DNA of 62,311 bases, filler included. It is 5 parts of 5 records of this genome, joined end to end, with 100 filler letters (N's around TTAATTAATTAA, not from the genome) between each part and the next. Parts side by side here need not be neighbours in the genome. Positions count along the whole stretch, not along the records: positions 34,057 to 56,697 come from DRR723986_5760; 4 more parts are not named here. One strand, 5' to 3'. This document shows, in pieces, positions 40,644-50,048 of this stretch; positions within the stretch are counted from its first letter, which is position 1, and each line of letters opens with the position of its first letter. The notes below the pieces were generated by a model, which did no database searches, had not been told where the DNA came from, and worked only from the letters and a program-made list of their open reading frames with translations. Made by a program: the position numbers and the translations under genes.

Positions 40644-41381
40644 TCAGCTTCCGGCGGTGTTGGCCAATTGACTGGCCAGAGATTGCACCAGATCATCGAG
40701 TTGCAGGCGCAACTGGTCGACCTGTTCTACGTATGGCGTCAGAAAGGGCTCTGCTTGCGGTAGCGCGGCCACGATCTCTGGCTGGAACGCGTAGGCACAT
40801 ACTGCGACTGCCGCGATCAACAGCATCAGCATGAAACCGGCCCGAAACCCCCGGCGTCGGCGCGGACGGACATCCATGGAGTCTATGTCCGATGTGCCAC
40901 GGTCGCCGCTGCTGCGGTCGGTCGTGGCCCTTAGGGTCGAGTTGATTTCTTCGATGTCCGGGAACATCTCTCGGGCGCCGCGCCGATCTTGGCGGCCGGC
41001 ATCTGCGGCCACCATCTCGCGGATCGCGATTGTGTCCTCGTCCTCCTCTTCGTCGGGGACATCCGTGTCCGTGGCGCGAGTCACAGGCGGAGGCGGGCTG
41101 TCGAGCGCCATCTCTTCCTGTTCTTCGACCGGCGCGGCGGCGCGGCGCAATTGTTCCTCGCGCTCGCGTTCTTCCCTCAGGATGTCGCGAAGGGCGGGAT
41201 CAAGGTCGCGCCGGGGTGCAGCGCCTGCGGGAGCGCCCGCTGGCTCTTCCATTCGGGCGCGGTTGCCGGGCTGAAACCAGGTGGTTGCGCAGTTGGAACA
41301 TTGCACGTCCCTGCCTTCGGGCGGGACCAGAGAGTCGTCCACCTCGTATCGGGCACTGCAATTGGGACATGTCAGACGCAT
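40644..41381 (-). CDS. MJ0042-type zinc-ribbon membrane protein (ZitP-like)
   Basis: MRLTCPNCSARY...VQCSNCATTW, disordered linker, C-terminal TM. Divergent from ftsE. Confidence 0.88.
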   Translation of the reverse strand: MRLTCPNCSARYEVDDSLVPPEGRDVQCSNCATTWFQPGNRARMEEPAGAPAGAAPRRDLDPALRDILREEREREEQLRRAAAPVEEQEEMALDSPPPPVTRATDTDVPDEEEDEDTIAIREMVAADAGRQDRRGAREMFPDIEEINSTLRATTDRSSGDRGTSDIDSMDVRPRRRRGFRAGFMLMLLIAAVAVCAYAFQPEIVAALPQAEPFLTPYVEQVDQLRLQLDDLVQSLASQLANTAGS

Positions 41382-41530
41382 TGTGATCCTCGTTCCGTCG
41401 CCCGTGGGGCGGCTTGGGGCGGACTCTAGCAACGGGCATCCGCCATTCCAAGTCATTGCATGGGGTTACGATTGCATGAAAGCCCCGGGTGAGGCATGAC
41501 GGTCTCAGCACTGAGGGACGGAGCAGACCA

Positions 41531-42208
41531 GTGATCGAGTTGCAAGAGGCCGCATATGGCTATGGGGGCGGCCCGCTTTTGTCGGATATCAGCCTTCGGC
41601 TTGCGCCGGGGTCGTTCCATTTTCTGACCGGTCCTTCGGGATCGGGCAAGACCACGTTCCTCAAGCTTTGCTACGCCGACCTGCTGGCGACCGGCGGTCG
41701 CGTGACCCTGTTCGGTCAGGATACAAGCGAAATGAGCCGGGACGACGTGGCCAAGGCGCGTCAGCGGATGGGTGTCGTTCATCAGGATTGCGAGTTTCTC
41801 GATCACCTGCCTTTGTCGGAAAACATCTCGCTTCCCCTTACGGTGACGGGCCGCAGCAGCGAGGCGCAGGATGCCAACCTGTCGGAACTCATGGGATGGG
41901 TCGGCCTGTCGGCACGAGCGGATGCCCTGCCGCCGGAACTGTCGGGCGGTGAACGTCAGCGCGCCGCCCTGGCGCGTGCCGTCATCACCGACCCGGACGT
42001 GATTCTGGCCGATGAACCCACGGGCAATATCGACTGGGACATGTCCTTGAGGTTGCTGCAATTGCTGGTCGAGCTGAACCGCATGGGCAAAACGGTGCTG
42101 ATCGCCACCCATGACCTTGCCCTGATCCGTGCTGCCAAGGCGCAGGTGTCTGCCCGGGTTCTGCGGATTGCGGGCGGTCGGCTGCAACTGGCGGGGGCGG
42201 ATCTATGA
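41531..42208 (+). CDS. ftsE: Cell division ATP-binding protein
   Basis: GPSGSGKT, LSGGERQR, LADEPTGN, IATHD. Confidence 0.93.
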   Translation: MIELQEAAYGYGGGPLLSDISLRLAPGSFHFLTGPSGSGKTTFLKLCYADLLATGGRVTLFGQDTSEMSRDDVAKARQRMGVVHQDCEFLDHLPLSENISLPLTVTGRSSEAQDANLSELMGWVGLSARADALPPELSGGERQRAALARAVITDPDVILADEPTGNIDWDMSLRLLQLLVELNRMGKTVLIATHDLALIRAAKAQVSARVLRIAGGRLQLAGADL

Positions 42209-43107
42209 GCGTTCTGTCCGGGGTTTTCGAGATCCTGAAGGGTGACGCGCAGGCCGACCGCGTGGTGCCCCGTCGCGGCCATTCGGTGCGGCTGACCCTG
42301 TTCACGTCGGGCGCGATGGCGTTTCTTGCGGTTTTCGCGCTGGCGTTATCGCTGGCCTCCGGCCGACTGGCCGACCGCTGGTCGGACGCCTTGGCGCGCA
42401 GTTCAACCATTCGCATATCGGCCCCCGCTGCCCAGATGGAGGCGCAAATCTGGGCGGTGCTGGAAGTGCTGGAACAGACACCCGGCGTCGCCTCGGCCCG
42501 CGCCCTGACCGAAGACGAACAGCGCGCCTTGCTGGAACCATGGTTCGGCCCCGACCTGCCCTTGGAAGATCTGCCTGTCCCGCGTCTGGTTGAGGTCATC
42601 GAAACCGCAGAGGGATATGATCCTGACGGGTTGCGCTTGCGCCTGGCCGCCGAGGCGCCCGGTGCGGTTCTGGATGATCACACCCGCTGGCGCAGGCCCC
42701 TGGTGCGCGCGGCGGAACGATTGCGATCGCTTGGCTGGGTGTCACTGGCGCTGATCCTCGGGTCGGTCGCGGCAATGATCACGCTTGCCGCGCAATCGGC
42801 ATTGGCCGCGAACGTCAAGGTGATCCGGGTCTTGCGGCTGGTGGGGGCGCGTGACGTCTATATCGCACGGGCATTTGTGCGGCGGTTCACCCTTCGGGCG
42901 CTGTCGGGTGCGGCTGTGGGCACCGCGCTTGGCATGATCGCCGTTGCCCTTCTGCCTAGCGCGCAGGAACAGGGCGGCTTTCTGACCGGCCTCGGATTTG
43001 CCGGGTTGCACTGGCTGTGGCCCCTGACCATACCGATCCTGTCCGCCTTCACCGCCTTCTGGGCCACCCGCGCCGCCGCTTTCCGTACATTGAGGAGCTT
43101 GCCATGA
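42205..43107 (+). CDS. ftsX: Cell division permease
   Basis: LLEPWFG, DLPVPRL, LDDHTRW, LRLVGA. Confidence 0.92.
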   Translation: MSVLSGVFEILKGDAQADRVVPRRGHSVRLTLFTSGAMAFLAVFALALSLASGRLADRWSDALARSSTIRISAPAAQMEAQIWAVLEVLEQTPGVASARALTEDEQRALLEPWFGPDLPLEDLPVPRLVEVIETAEGYDPDGLRLRLAAEAPGAVLDDHTRWRRPLVRAAERLRSLGWVSLALILGSVAAMITLAAQSALAANVKVIRVLRLVGARDVYIARAFVRRFTLRALSGAAVGTALGMIAVALLPSAQEQGGFLTGLGFAGLHWLWPLTIPILSAFTAFWATRAAAFRTLRSLP

Positions 43108-43826
43108 TCCAGTGGATCCGATCGCTGATCTTCATCGGCCAGATGTATCTGATGATGTTCATCATGGCGATTTTCTTTACCCCATGGGCCATTGTGGACA
43201 AGCGAGGGGCGTTTGCGGCTGTGAACACCTATTGCAGATGGGTGCGCTGGACAGCGGGCTGGATGGTTGGACTGCGGTCCGAAATTCGCGGTGAGGTGCC
43301 GACCGGAGAGGTTCTGATTGCCTCCAAACACCAAAGCTTTTTCGACATCATCATGATCGTGTCGGTGGTGCCGCGGCCCAAGTTCATCATGAAAGCGTCG
43401 CTGAAATACGCGCCCATTCTGGGCTGGTACGGCAAACGCATCGGCTGCGTCGCGGTGGATCGGGGCAAGCGCGCGCAGGCCATTCAGCAGATGCTGGCGG
43501 GGGTGCAGTCGGGCACGCAGGAGCCGGGGCAGCTGATCATCTATCCGCAAGGCACGCGTGTCGCGCCGGGCGCGGATCGGCCCTACAAGATCGGCACCGG
43601 GGTTCTCTATCAGCAGACCGGGCAGGCCTGCGTGCCCGCCGCCACCAATGTGGGCGTCTTCTGGCCGCGCCATGGTATCCTCCGCAAGCCGGGGCTGGCA
43701 GTGGTGGAATTTCTGCCAGTGATCGAGCCGGGCCTGTCGGTCGACGATTTCATGGTCGAGCTGAAACAGGTGGTGGAAACCCATTCCGACCGGCTGATGG
43801 CTGACGCTGGTTTTCACATCCGCTGA
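43104..43826 (+). CDS. plsC: 1-acyl-sn-glycerol-3-phosphate acyltransferase
   Basis: KHQSFFD (HX4D), YPQGTR. Confidence 0.9.
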   Translation: MIQWIRSLIFIGQMYLMMFIMAIFFTPWAIVDKRGAFAAVNTYCRWVRWTAGWMVGLRSEIRGEVPTGEVLIASKHQSFFDIIMIVSVVPRPKFIMKASLKYAPILGWYGKRIGCVAVDRGKRAQAIQQMLAGVQSGTQEPGQLIIYPQGTRVAPGADRPYKIGTGVLYQQTGQACVPAATNVGVFWPRHGILRKPGLAVVEFLPVIEPGLSVDDFMVELKQVVETHSDRLMADAGFHIR

Positions 43827-43828
43827 TC

Positions 43829-44920
43829 TTACAGAAGAACGGCCTGACCCGTTGCTGCCGATTGCTGAGCGGCAAGTCCCATCCGCACAGCCCATGCCCC
43901 GTCGGACAATGACACGTGAGGTCGGCCGCCCGTCCGGGCGGCATCCGCGAAATACTTGTGCTGGTAGTAGGTGGATCCGTTGTGGTCGCCCGCCTCCAAC
44001 AATTCGGGATCTACCGGGATGTCCAGTTCCCTTGGACCTTTCGGGTCTCGCGGGCTGACGATCAGCTTGGGCACCGGGGGTGCGCCCAGGTGCTCGGGCC
44101 AGAAACGGCCGGGGCCCGGCACTAGCGCCTCGATCTTTCCGGTGGGGCCGACGGCGCTGATTTCCTCCTGATAGCGGCTGCCTTCGGCGAACATGCACAG
44201 CTCCAGCATCGCCCGCGCGCCATTGGCGAAATCGACAATCACATAGGCATTGTCCCAGATATCCGGCGTCTGCCCGTCATAGCGTTCGTCCAGATGGTTC
44301 ACCGATTGCCCACCTGACGCCATCACGCGCACCGGGTCCGATTTCAGCACCAGCCGCATCAGGTCAAAGAAGTGGCAGCACTTCTCTACCAGGGTGCCGC
44401 CGGTCTGGTGGTTGAACCGGTTCCAGTCGCCGACCTTTTCCAAAAACGGAAAGCGATGTTCGCGAATGGTCAGCATTCGAATTCCGCCGGTCGCGGTCTC
44501 GGCCTGTTCCAGCAACGCGGCAACGGGGGGCATGTAGCGGTATTCCATCGCCACCCAGATGATCTGCGGATAGTCGGCCTGCAAACGCGCAATCCGGACG
44601 GCATCGGCAGGGTCGGTATAAAGCGGCTTTTCCACAAGGATCGGCAGCGTCCGCAGCTTGGCGATCTCTTCCAGCTGGTCGACATGCCGGAAATTGGGCG
44701 AGGCGATGAGAAGCGCGTTGACCTCTTCCATTGCAAGCAGATCCGCGATGCTGCCTGCAAAGCGCAATCCGGGCACCAGCTTTGCCGATTCAGCCTGCAT
44801 TGCGGGATCAGGTTCATAGACCGCTACAACTTCGGCCCCGTCGATCAGGGCGATATTGCGGATATGTTCCTGGCCCATCATGCCGCAGCCGATGATGCCG
44901 TAACGCAGTTGGGTTGTCAT
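43829..44920 (-). CDS. Gfo/Idh/MocA-fold protein, probable NAD+-dependent sulfoquinovosidase (GH188)
   Basis: GCGMMGQEH, VEKP, MEYRY, REHRFPFL.KVGDWNRF, EKCCHFFDL. Co-oriented with the smoD-like regulator in an smo cluster that shows no GH31 SQase. Confidence 0.75.
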   Translation of the reverse strand: MTTQLRYGIIGCGMMGQEHIRNIALIDGAEVVAVYEPDPAMQAESAKLVPGLRFAGSIADLLAMEEVNALLIASPNFRHVDQLEEIAKLRTLPILVEKPLYTDPADAVRIARLQADYPQIIWVAMEYRYMPPVAALLEQAETATGGIRMLTIREHRFPFLEKVGDWNRFNHQTGGTLVEKCCHFFDLMRLVLKSDPVRVMASGGQSVNHLDERYDGQTPDIWDNAYVIVDFANGARAMLELCMFAEGSRYQEEISAVGPTGKIEALVPGPGRFWPEHLGAPPVPKLIVSPRDPKGPRELDIPVDPELLEAGDHNGSTYYQHKYFADAARTGGRPHVSLSDGAWAVRMGLAAQQSAATGQAVLL

Positions 44921-44927
44921 GTGTGGG

Positions 44928-45638
44928 TTACCTCATGCGGGCGACATAGCGCGCCACGTTGCTGTCAAACCAGTTGCGGGAAACTTCGGCGACGCTGCCG
45001 TCGCGGGCGCGGCTTAGGCGTTCCACCAATCCGCAGGCCATGCCGGGGCGTTGGCCAAAATCGGGGGGTGCCCAATCGGGGCAGGGGGCGACGCCGACCT
45101 GATCTTCGTAACCGGTGATCCAGAGGTCGAGCGTGTCCCGGTAATACATATAAAGAGAGTGCAGCAAATCCTTGGGCTCCAGCTGTTCGGCATAGCTGGA
45201 ATCAAGCCAGATTTCCTCGACCGCCGCCGGTGTTCCCCCAAGGAATCGCATCCGGCGAATCCGGTGCGCCTCGATTGATGCACCGAATGCGGGCAGTTCG
45301 ACGGGCTTTTTCATCCGGGCCACATCCAGAACGGAAGCAGTGGGCAGGCCACCGCCGCCGACAAGTTCCAGCCGGAACAGCGCGTAGATTCCTTCTGGCG
45401 TTGTCTTGGATCTTATATAATTGCCAGAGCCTTGCCGTCGGTCCAGAAGCCCCCTGTTCTCAAGCTCTGATAAAGCTTTTCTGAGTGTTCCAACCGAGGT
45501 GTCCAGCGACTTTGCCATATCCCTTTCCGGGGGCAGACGACTGCCATCCAACAAGCGCCCCGCCGCGATGTCTCGGATCAGCATCTCGCTGATTTGCAGG
45601 TAGATTGGCAGGGCACCACCGGGTTGGTTTGGGGGCAT
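44928..45638 (-). CDS. smoD: GntR (HutC/UTRA-type) regulator of the sulfo-SMO cluster
   Basis: LPIYLQI, LPPERDMA, RRQGSGNY. Divergent from smoC. Confidence 0.75.
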   Translation of the reverse strand: MPPNQPGGALPIYLQISEMLIRDIAAGRLLDGSRLPPERDMAKSLDTSVGTLRKALSELENRGLLDRRQGSGNYIRSKTTPEGIYALFRLELVGGGGLPTASVLDVARMKKPVELPAFGASIEAHRIRRMRFLGGTPAAVEEIWLDSSYAEQLEPKDLLHSLYMYYRDTLDLWITGYEDQVGVAPCPDWAPPDFGQRPGMACGLVERLSRARDGSVAEVSRNWFDSNVARYVARMR

Positions 45639-45657
45639 GTCGATCACCGGGCGAAAA

Positions 45658-45684
45658 ATTGATACAGTATTGATCTACATACTG
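45658..45684. promoter_or_regulatory. Candidate SmoD operator
   Basis: CAGTAT-N8-ATACTG inverted repeat (45665-45684) and ATTGAT direct repeats 11 bp apart, in the divergent intergenic region. Confidence 0.45.
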
Positions 45685-45732
45685 GCGAATGCTACGCAAG
45701 TAGAAAATGACACATCTGGGAGGAATGTTTTC

Positions 45733-46887
45733 ATGACCGTGGTTCCCATCACGTCAGCCGATCTCGACGCGGCGGAAGTCTCGTGGTTTGCGGCGCTCTG
45801 TTCCGACGATTACCAGTTCCTGGGCGTGCCAGATGGCGACCTGCGGTCGAGCTGGGATCATTGTTCCGGCATCCTGAAAGAGGCCGAGCGTCAAGGCTTT
45901 CGCAACATTCTTTGTCCGTCCTCCTACCAGGTGGGTCAGGACACGCTGTCCTTCGTGGCGGGCTGCGCGCCGATCACCGAGCGCATCAACATGCTGGCCG
46001 CCGTGCGCTGTGGCGAGATGCAGCCGATCATGCTGGCGCGCACCATCGCCACGCTGGATCACATGCTGAAGGGACGGTTGACGGTCAACATCATCAGCTC
46101 GGACTTTCCCGGTGAAGTGGCCGACAGCAAATTGCGCTATCAGCGCAGCCGCGAAGTGGTGGAGATCCTGAAACAGGCGTGGACGCGCGATGAGATCAAC
46201 CACAAGGGCGAAGTCTACAGCTTCAGCGGTGTCACGACCGACCCCGCCAAACCCTATCAGACCGGCGGCCCGCTGATGTATTTCGGCGGCTATTCCCCCG
46301 ACGCGCTGGAACTGTGCGGGCAGCATTGCGACGTCTACCTGATGTGGCCCGAACCCAAGGAAAACCTGGCCGAGCGCATGAAGGCCGTGAACGCGGTAGC
46401 AGACCGGTATGGGCGGACGCTGGACTATGGTCTGCGGGTCCACATGATCGTGCGCGATACCGAGGCCGAGGCGCGTGAATACGCCGACTACATCGTAAGC
46501 AAGCTGGACGACGAATATGGGCGCATGATCCGTGACCGGGCGCATGATTCCATCTCGCTCGGTGTGGCCCATCAGGCCAAGGCGCGGGAACTGGCCGACA
46601 AGTTCGGCTTTGTAGAGCCCAACCTTTGGACGGGAATCGGTCGGGCGCGGTCGGGCTGCGGCGCGGCTTTGGTCGGCTCGGTCGATCAGGTGCTGACCAA
46701 GATAGATGAGTACAAGAAGATGGGCATGCGCGCCTTCATCTTCTCGGGCTATCCGCACATGGAAGAATGCAAGATTTTCGGAGAGAAGGTGATGCCGCAT
46801 CTGACGACATGTTCTCTGCCACAGGAATATGGCCGCGTACCCGCAGACACCCCGATGACACCCCTTGGCGCGGGAGAGCGCAAATGA
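45733..46887 (+). CDS. smoC: Sulfoquinovose monooxygenase (LLM flavin-dependent)
   Basis: MTVVPITSADLDAAEVSWFAALCSDDY, NILCPSSYQVGQD, GIGRARSGCGAA, TPLGAGER. Closely matches Agrobacterium SmoC as I recall it, with smoB/smoA/smoD context. Confidence 0.88.
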   Translation: MTVVPITSADLDAAEVSWFAALCSDDYQFLGVPDGDLRSSWDHCSGILKEAERQGFRNILCPSSYQVGQDTLSFVAGCAPITERINMLAAVRCGEMQPIMLARTIATLDHMLKGRLTVNIISSDFPGEVADSKLRYQRSREVVEILKQAWTRDEINHKGEVYSFSGVTTDPAKPYQTGGPLMYFGGYSPDALELCGQHCDVYLMWPEPKENLAERMKAVNAVADRYGRTLDYGLRVHMIVRDTEAEAREYADYIVSKLDDEYGRMIRDRAHDSISLGVAHQAKARELADKFGFVEPNLWTGIGRARSGCGAALVGSVDQVLTKIDEYKKMGMRAFIFSGYPHMEECKIFGEKVMPHLTTCSLPQEYGRVPADTPMTPLGAGERK

Positions 46888-47780
46888 CCGACCGTCTGAA
46901 CCTGTCCGATCAGCTGGAAATCTCGCGCCTCGTCTACGGGCTGTGGCGCGTCGCAGATGATGCCGATACCTCGCCCGCCCATGTGCAGGCCAAGATCGAG
47001 GCCTGTCTCGATCAGGGCATCACAACCATGGATCAGGCCGATATCTACGGCGATTATGGTGCTGAAGAAGTGATGGGGGCGGCCCTGCGCGCTGCACCCG
47101 CCTTGCGCGACCGGATCGAGATCGTCACCAAATGCGATATCGTCGCCCCGATCGGAAAGTATTCGGACAAGCGGGTGAAGTATTACGACACCTCTGCTGC
47201 GCATATCACCGCGTCGGTCGAGGCATCGCTGACCAACATGGCCACTGACCGGATCGACCTGTTGCTGATTCACCGGCCCGATCCGCTGATGGACCACCAT
47301 GAAACCGGCGCGGCCTTGGATGCGCTTGTGGCGTCGGGCAAAGTGCGCGCCGTCGGTGTGTCCAACTTCAAGCTGAATGACTGGACGCTGCTGCAATCTG
47401 CGATGAAGACTCCGCTTTGCACCAACCAGATCGAAGCGAGCGTGTTGAACTTCGCCCCCTTCATCGACGGCGACATCGCCTGGATGCAGGAACGTGCCAT
47501 TCACCCGATGGCATGGTCACCGCTAGGCGGCGGGCGCCTGTTCACGGATGAGGGCGGGGCCGTGCGCGCCGTGCTGGACCGCGTTGCCGCAGAACAAGGC
47601 GTTGATGCAACGGCGGTTGCGGTGGCGTGGCTGTTGGCGCATCCGGCCAAGCTGGCCCCGGTCATGGGCACCAACAACCTGTCGCGTATCCGGACGATTT
47701 CGGACGCGGACAAGGTCGAGATCGATCGCCAGACATGGTTCGAGATCCTGACCGCAGCCATGGGGCACGAGGTTCCATGA
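46884..47780 (+). CDS. smoB: Aldo/keto reductase, 6-oxo-glucose reductase
   Basis: YGLWR, DQADIYG, TKC, LIHRPD, AWSPLGGG. ATGA-coupled to smoC. Confidence 0.82.
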   Translation: MTDRLNLSDQLEISRLVYGLWRVADDADTSPAHVQAKIEACLDQGITTMDQADIYGDYGAEEVMGAALRAAPALRDRIEIVTKCDIVAPIGKYSDKRVKYYDTSAAHITASVEASLTNMATDRIDLLLIHRPDPLMDHHETGAALDALVASGKVRAVGVSNFKLNDWTLLQSAMKTPLCTNQIEASVLNFAPFIDGDIAWMQERAIHPMAWSPLGGGRLFTDEGGAVRAVLDRVAAEQGVDATAVAVAWLLAHPAKLAPVMGTNNLSRIRTISDADKVEIDRQTWFEILTAAMGHEVP

Positions 47781-48289
47781 CCATGCAAGACGGGATGAGC
47801 CATTTCAGCCCCGGCCCCGAGATGGGCCGCGAATTACGCGGTGCGCTGGCGCGGTTCGGCACCGGTGTGACCATTGTTACCACGGCCAGCGATGCGGGCC
47901 CCGTGGGGATCACCGCGAACAGTTTTTCCTCTGTGTCGCTGGATCCGCCGCTGGTGTTGTGGTCCGCGTCACGCGGGTCGCGCCGGTATCCGTTCTTTCA
48001 GGAGGCCGAACATATGGCGATCCACGTTCTGGCGGAAAGCCAGATGGATCTGTGCCGGGCGTTTTCGGCTTCGGCCCATGCGTTCGATCAGGCCGATTGG
48101 AATAGCAGCGAAAACGGCGTGCCTTTGCTGGAGGGCTGCCTCGCGCGGTTCGAATGCGAGCGCTACGCGGAATATGATGGCGGCGATCACGCAATCATCG
48201 TGGGCCGGGTGCTGAAAGCCTCGGTTCGGACCGGATTGCCGCTGCTGTTCTTTGGCGGCCAGTTCGGCCAGTTCGCGGCCAGCGCATGA
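47777..48289 (+). CDS. smoA: Flavin reductase
   Basis: FGTGVTIVT, ANSFSSVSLDPPLV, GGDH. ATGA-coupled. Confidence 0.82.
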   Translation: MTMQDGMSHFSPGPEMGRELRGALARFGTGVTIVTTASDAGPVGITANSFSSVSLDPPLVLWSASRGSRRYPFFQEAEHMAIHVLAESQMDLCRAFSASAHAFDQADWNSSENGVPLLEGCLARFECERYAEYDGGDHAIIVGRVLKASVRTGLPLLFFGGQFGQFAASA

Positions 48290-49197
48290 CAGGGGCCGCC
48301 CTGCGCGATCGTCTGGCGAAGGCTTTGGGGCCGGGGTTTCCCGGCGCCGGCTTTCGCACGGCGACATCGCAGGGCACCCGCGACTGCCACGGCTGGATCC
48401 TCGAGGATCTTCTGTTTGAAACAGTGGCTGGGGAAATCATCCCCGCTTTCTTCCTGCGCCCGCCCGACAGTCACGCCCCCGTTCCCGCGCTTGTCTACTG
48501 CCACGCCCATGGCAATCGCTACACGATGGGGCGAGAGGAACTGCTTGAGGGACGGCCCTCACTGCAAGGTTCTTACGCGGGCGATCTGGTCAGGCTAGGG
48601 GTGGCGGCGCTGTGCATGGACATGCCCTGTTTTGGCGGGCGGCAGGTGCCGGAAGAATCCGAGCGGGCAAAGGCGGCCTTGTGGCGGGGTGACACGCTGT
48701 TCGGCCAGATGCTGGCGGAACAGATGGCAGGGCTGAGCTTTCTGGCGGATCATCCGGCGGTTCAGGCCGACCGGCTTGGGGCGCTTGGCTTTTCCATGGG
48801 CAGCACGTTGGCCTGGTGGCTGGCGGCAATGGATGGCCGGGTCAAGGCGGCCTCGGCCTTGTGTTCTTTCGCAGATCTGGAAACGCTCGTGGATCTGGGT
48901 GCCCATGACGGGCATGGTATCTACATGAGCGTGCCGGGTCTGCTGCCTCTTGCGCGGAGCGGTCAGATTGCCGGGCTTGCCGCGCCCCGCGCGTTGCAGA
49001 TCTGTGTCGGCCTAAAGGACTGGTCGACGCCTGAGAAGGCGTTCAGCCGGGGGCGGCGCGACCTGGAAGCGGCCTATGATGGTTATCCGGGGCTGGCGTT
49101 CCATGTAGAGCCTGAAACCGCCCATGAGGAAACGCCTGACATGCGCGCGGCCGTGTTGCAATTTCTGGCAGAACATCTTGTCAGAGGGCAGGTGTGA
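48286..49197 (+). CDS. Alpha/beta serine hydrolase (dienelactone hydrolase/esterase-like)
   Basis: YCHAHG, GFSMG nucleophile elbow, C-terminal TAHEET. ATGA overlap with smoA. Confidence 0.82.
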   Translation: MTGAALRDRLAKALGPGFPGAGFRTATSQGTRDCHGWILEDLLFETVAGEIIPAFFLRPPDSHAPVPALVYCHAHGNRYTMGREELLEGRPSLQGSYAGDLVRLGVAALCMDMPCFGGRQVPEESERAKAALWRGDTLFGQMLAEQMAGLSFLADHPAVQADRLGALGFSMGSTLAWWLAAMDGRVKAASALCSFADLETLVDLGAHDGHGIYMSVPGLLPLARSGQIAGLAAPRALQICVGLKDWSTPEKAFSRGRRDLEAAYDGYPGLAFHVEPETAHEETPDMRAAVLQFLAEHLVRGQV

Positions 49198-49202
49198 TGC
49201 GT

Positions 49203-49931
49203 TTAGCCGTCCGATATGTCGAAGAATTCCCGGTTGGCCTCGATCAGGCCGGACAGGGTTTTCAGCACATTGCGCAGATGGCGGCGCATCCGGTCCAGCG
49301 CTTGGCCGGAATACCCGTTTCGCACGGCATCCAGAATGCCCTCATGCTCGGTCAGCAGCCGGGTCATGTGGTCGGCGTCGTTCAGGGACAGCACCCTCAG
49401 ACGGTCCAACGCGGCCTTTTCCCGGATCAGCAATCCACCAATGCGGTTGAACCCGGTGGCATCCGCAAGCATCGCGTGAAACCGATCGTCAAGCGCCTGA
49501 AACGCGGCCTTGTCGCCCCTCGCGACGGCGATGCGCTGCTGCGCAAGATTATCGTCCAACGCGGCAAGCGCTTGGTCGCCGAGCCCTTGCGTGGAAAGCC
49601 GTTCAACAACCGCGACCTCCAATGCCTCGCGCAGGAACTGCGCGCTTCGGATCTGGTGTTCAGACAGCTTGGAAACATAGGTGCCCCGGCTTGGCCACGT
49701 CACAATCAGCCCGTCGTCGCGCAACTGGGCAAACGCCTCTCGCACCGGGGTGCGACTGGCGCCGAAAAGCTGCCCGACCTCGTTTTCAGAGATCAGGGTT
49801 CCCGGTGCAATGCTGGTGTTCAGGATGGCCGTTTTCAGGGCAGAGGCAATTTGTTCCGCCGCCGGGCGCGACAGGTCCAGCGACGTTACGGGCAGGGCCG
49901 AAACGTCAATGACGGGCGACTTCTTGTTCAC
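49203..49931 (-). CDS. GntR/FadR (FCD) regulator
   Basis: ISENEVGQLFGASRTPVREAF, PSRGTYV, DDRFH, EHEGI. GTG start. Confidence 0.9.
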   Translation of the reverse strand: MNKKSPVIDVSALPVTSLDLSRPAAEQIASALKTAILNTSIAPGTLISENEVGQLFGASRTPVREAFAQLRDDGLIVTWPSRGTYVSKLSEHQIRSAQFLREALEVAVVERLSTQGLGDQALAALDDNLAQQRIAVARGDKAAFQALDDRFHAMLADATGFNRIGGLLIREKAALDRLRVLSLNDADHMTRLLTEHEGILDAVRNGYSGQALDRMRRHLRNVLKTLSGLIEANREFFDISDG

Positions 49932-49966
49932 GCTCGGCCTCCGGTATCCGTCTCTTTGATCTTGCC

Positions 49967-50010
49967 TGTATACCGGTATGCAAAAGAGTTGACAACCGGT
50001 ATACCGGTAT
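49967..50010. promoter_or_regulatory. Tandem palindromic GntR operators flanking a TTGACA -35 box
   Basis: ATACCGGTAT at 49970-49979 and 50001-50010. Perfect 14-bp palindrome ACCGGTATACCGGT at 49995-50008. TTGACA at 49989-49994. Confidence 0.75.
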
Positions 50011-50048
50011 GTCTGAGTGACGCGGTGAGCATTGAGGGATCTTTCGCG

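Noticed and set aside
45733-46887. Generic alkanesulfonate monooxygenase SsuD call
   Set aside because: Sequence and smoB/smoA/smoD context fit the SQ monooxygenase SmoC better.
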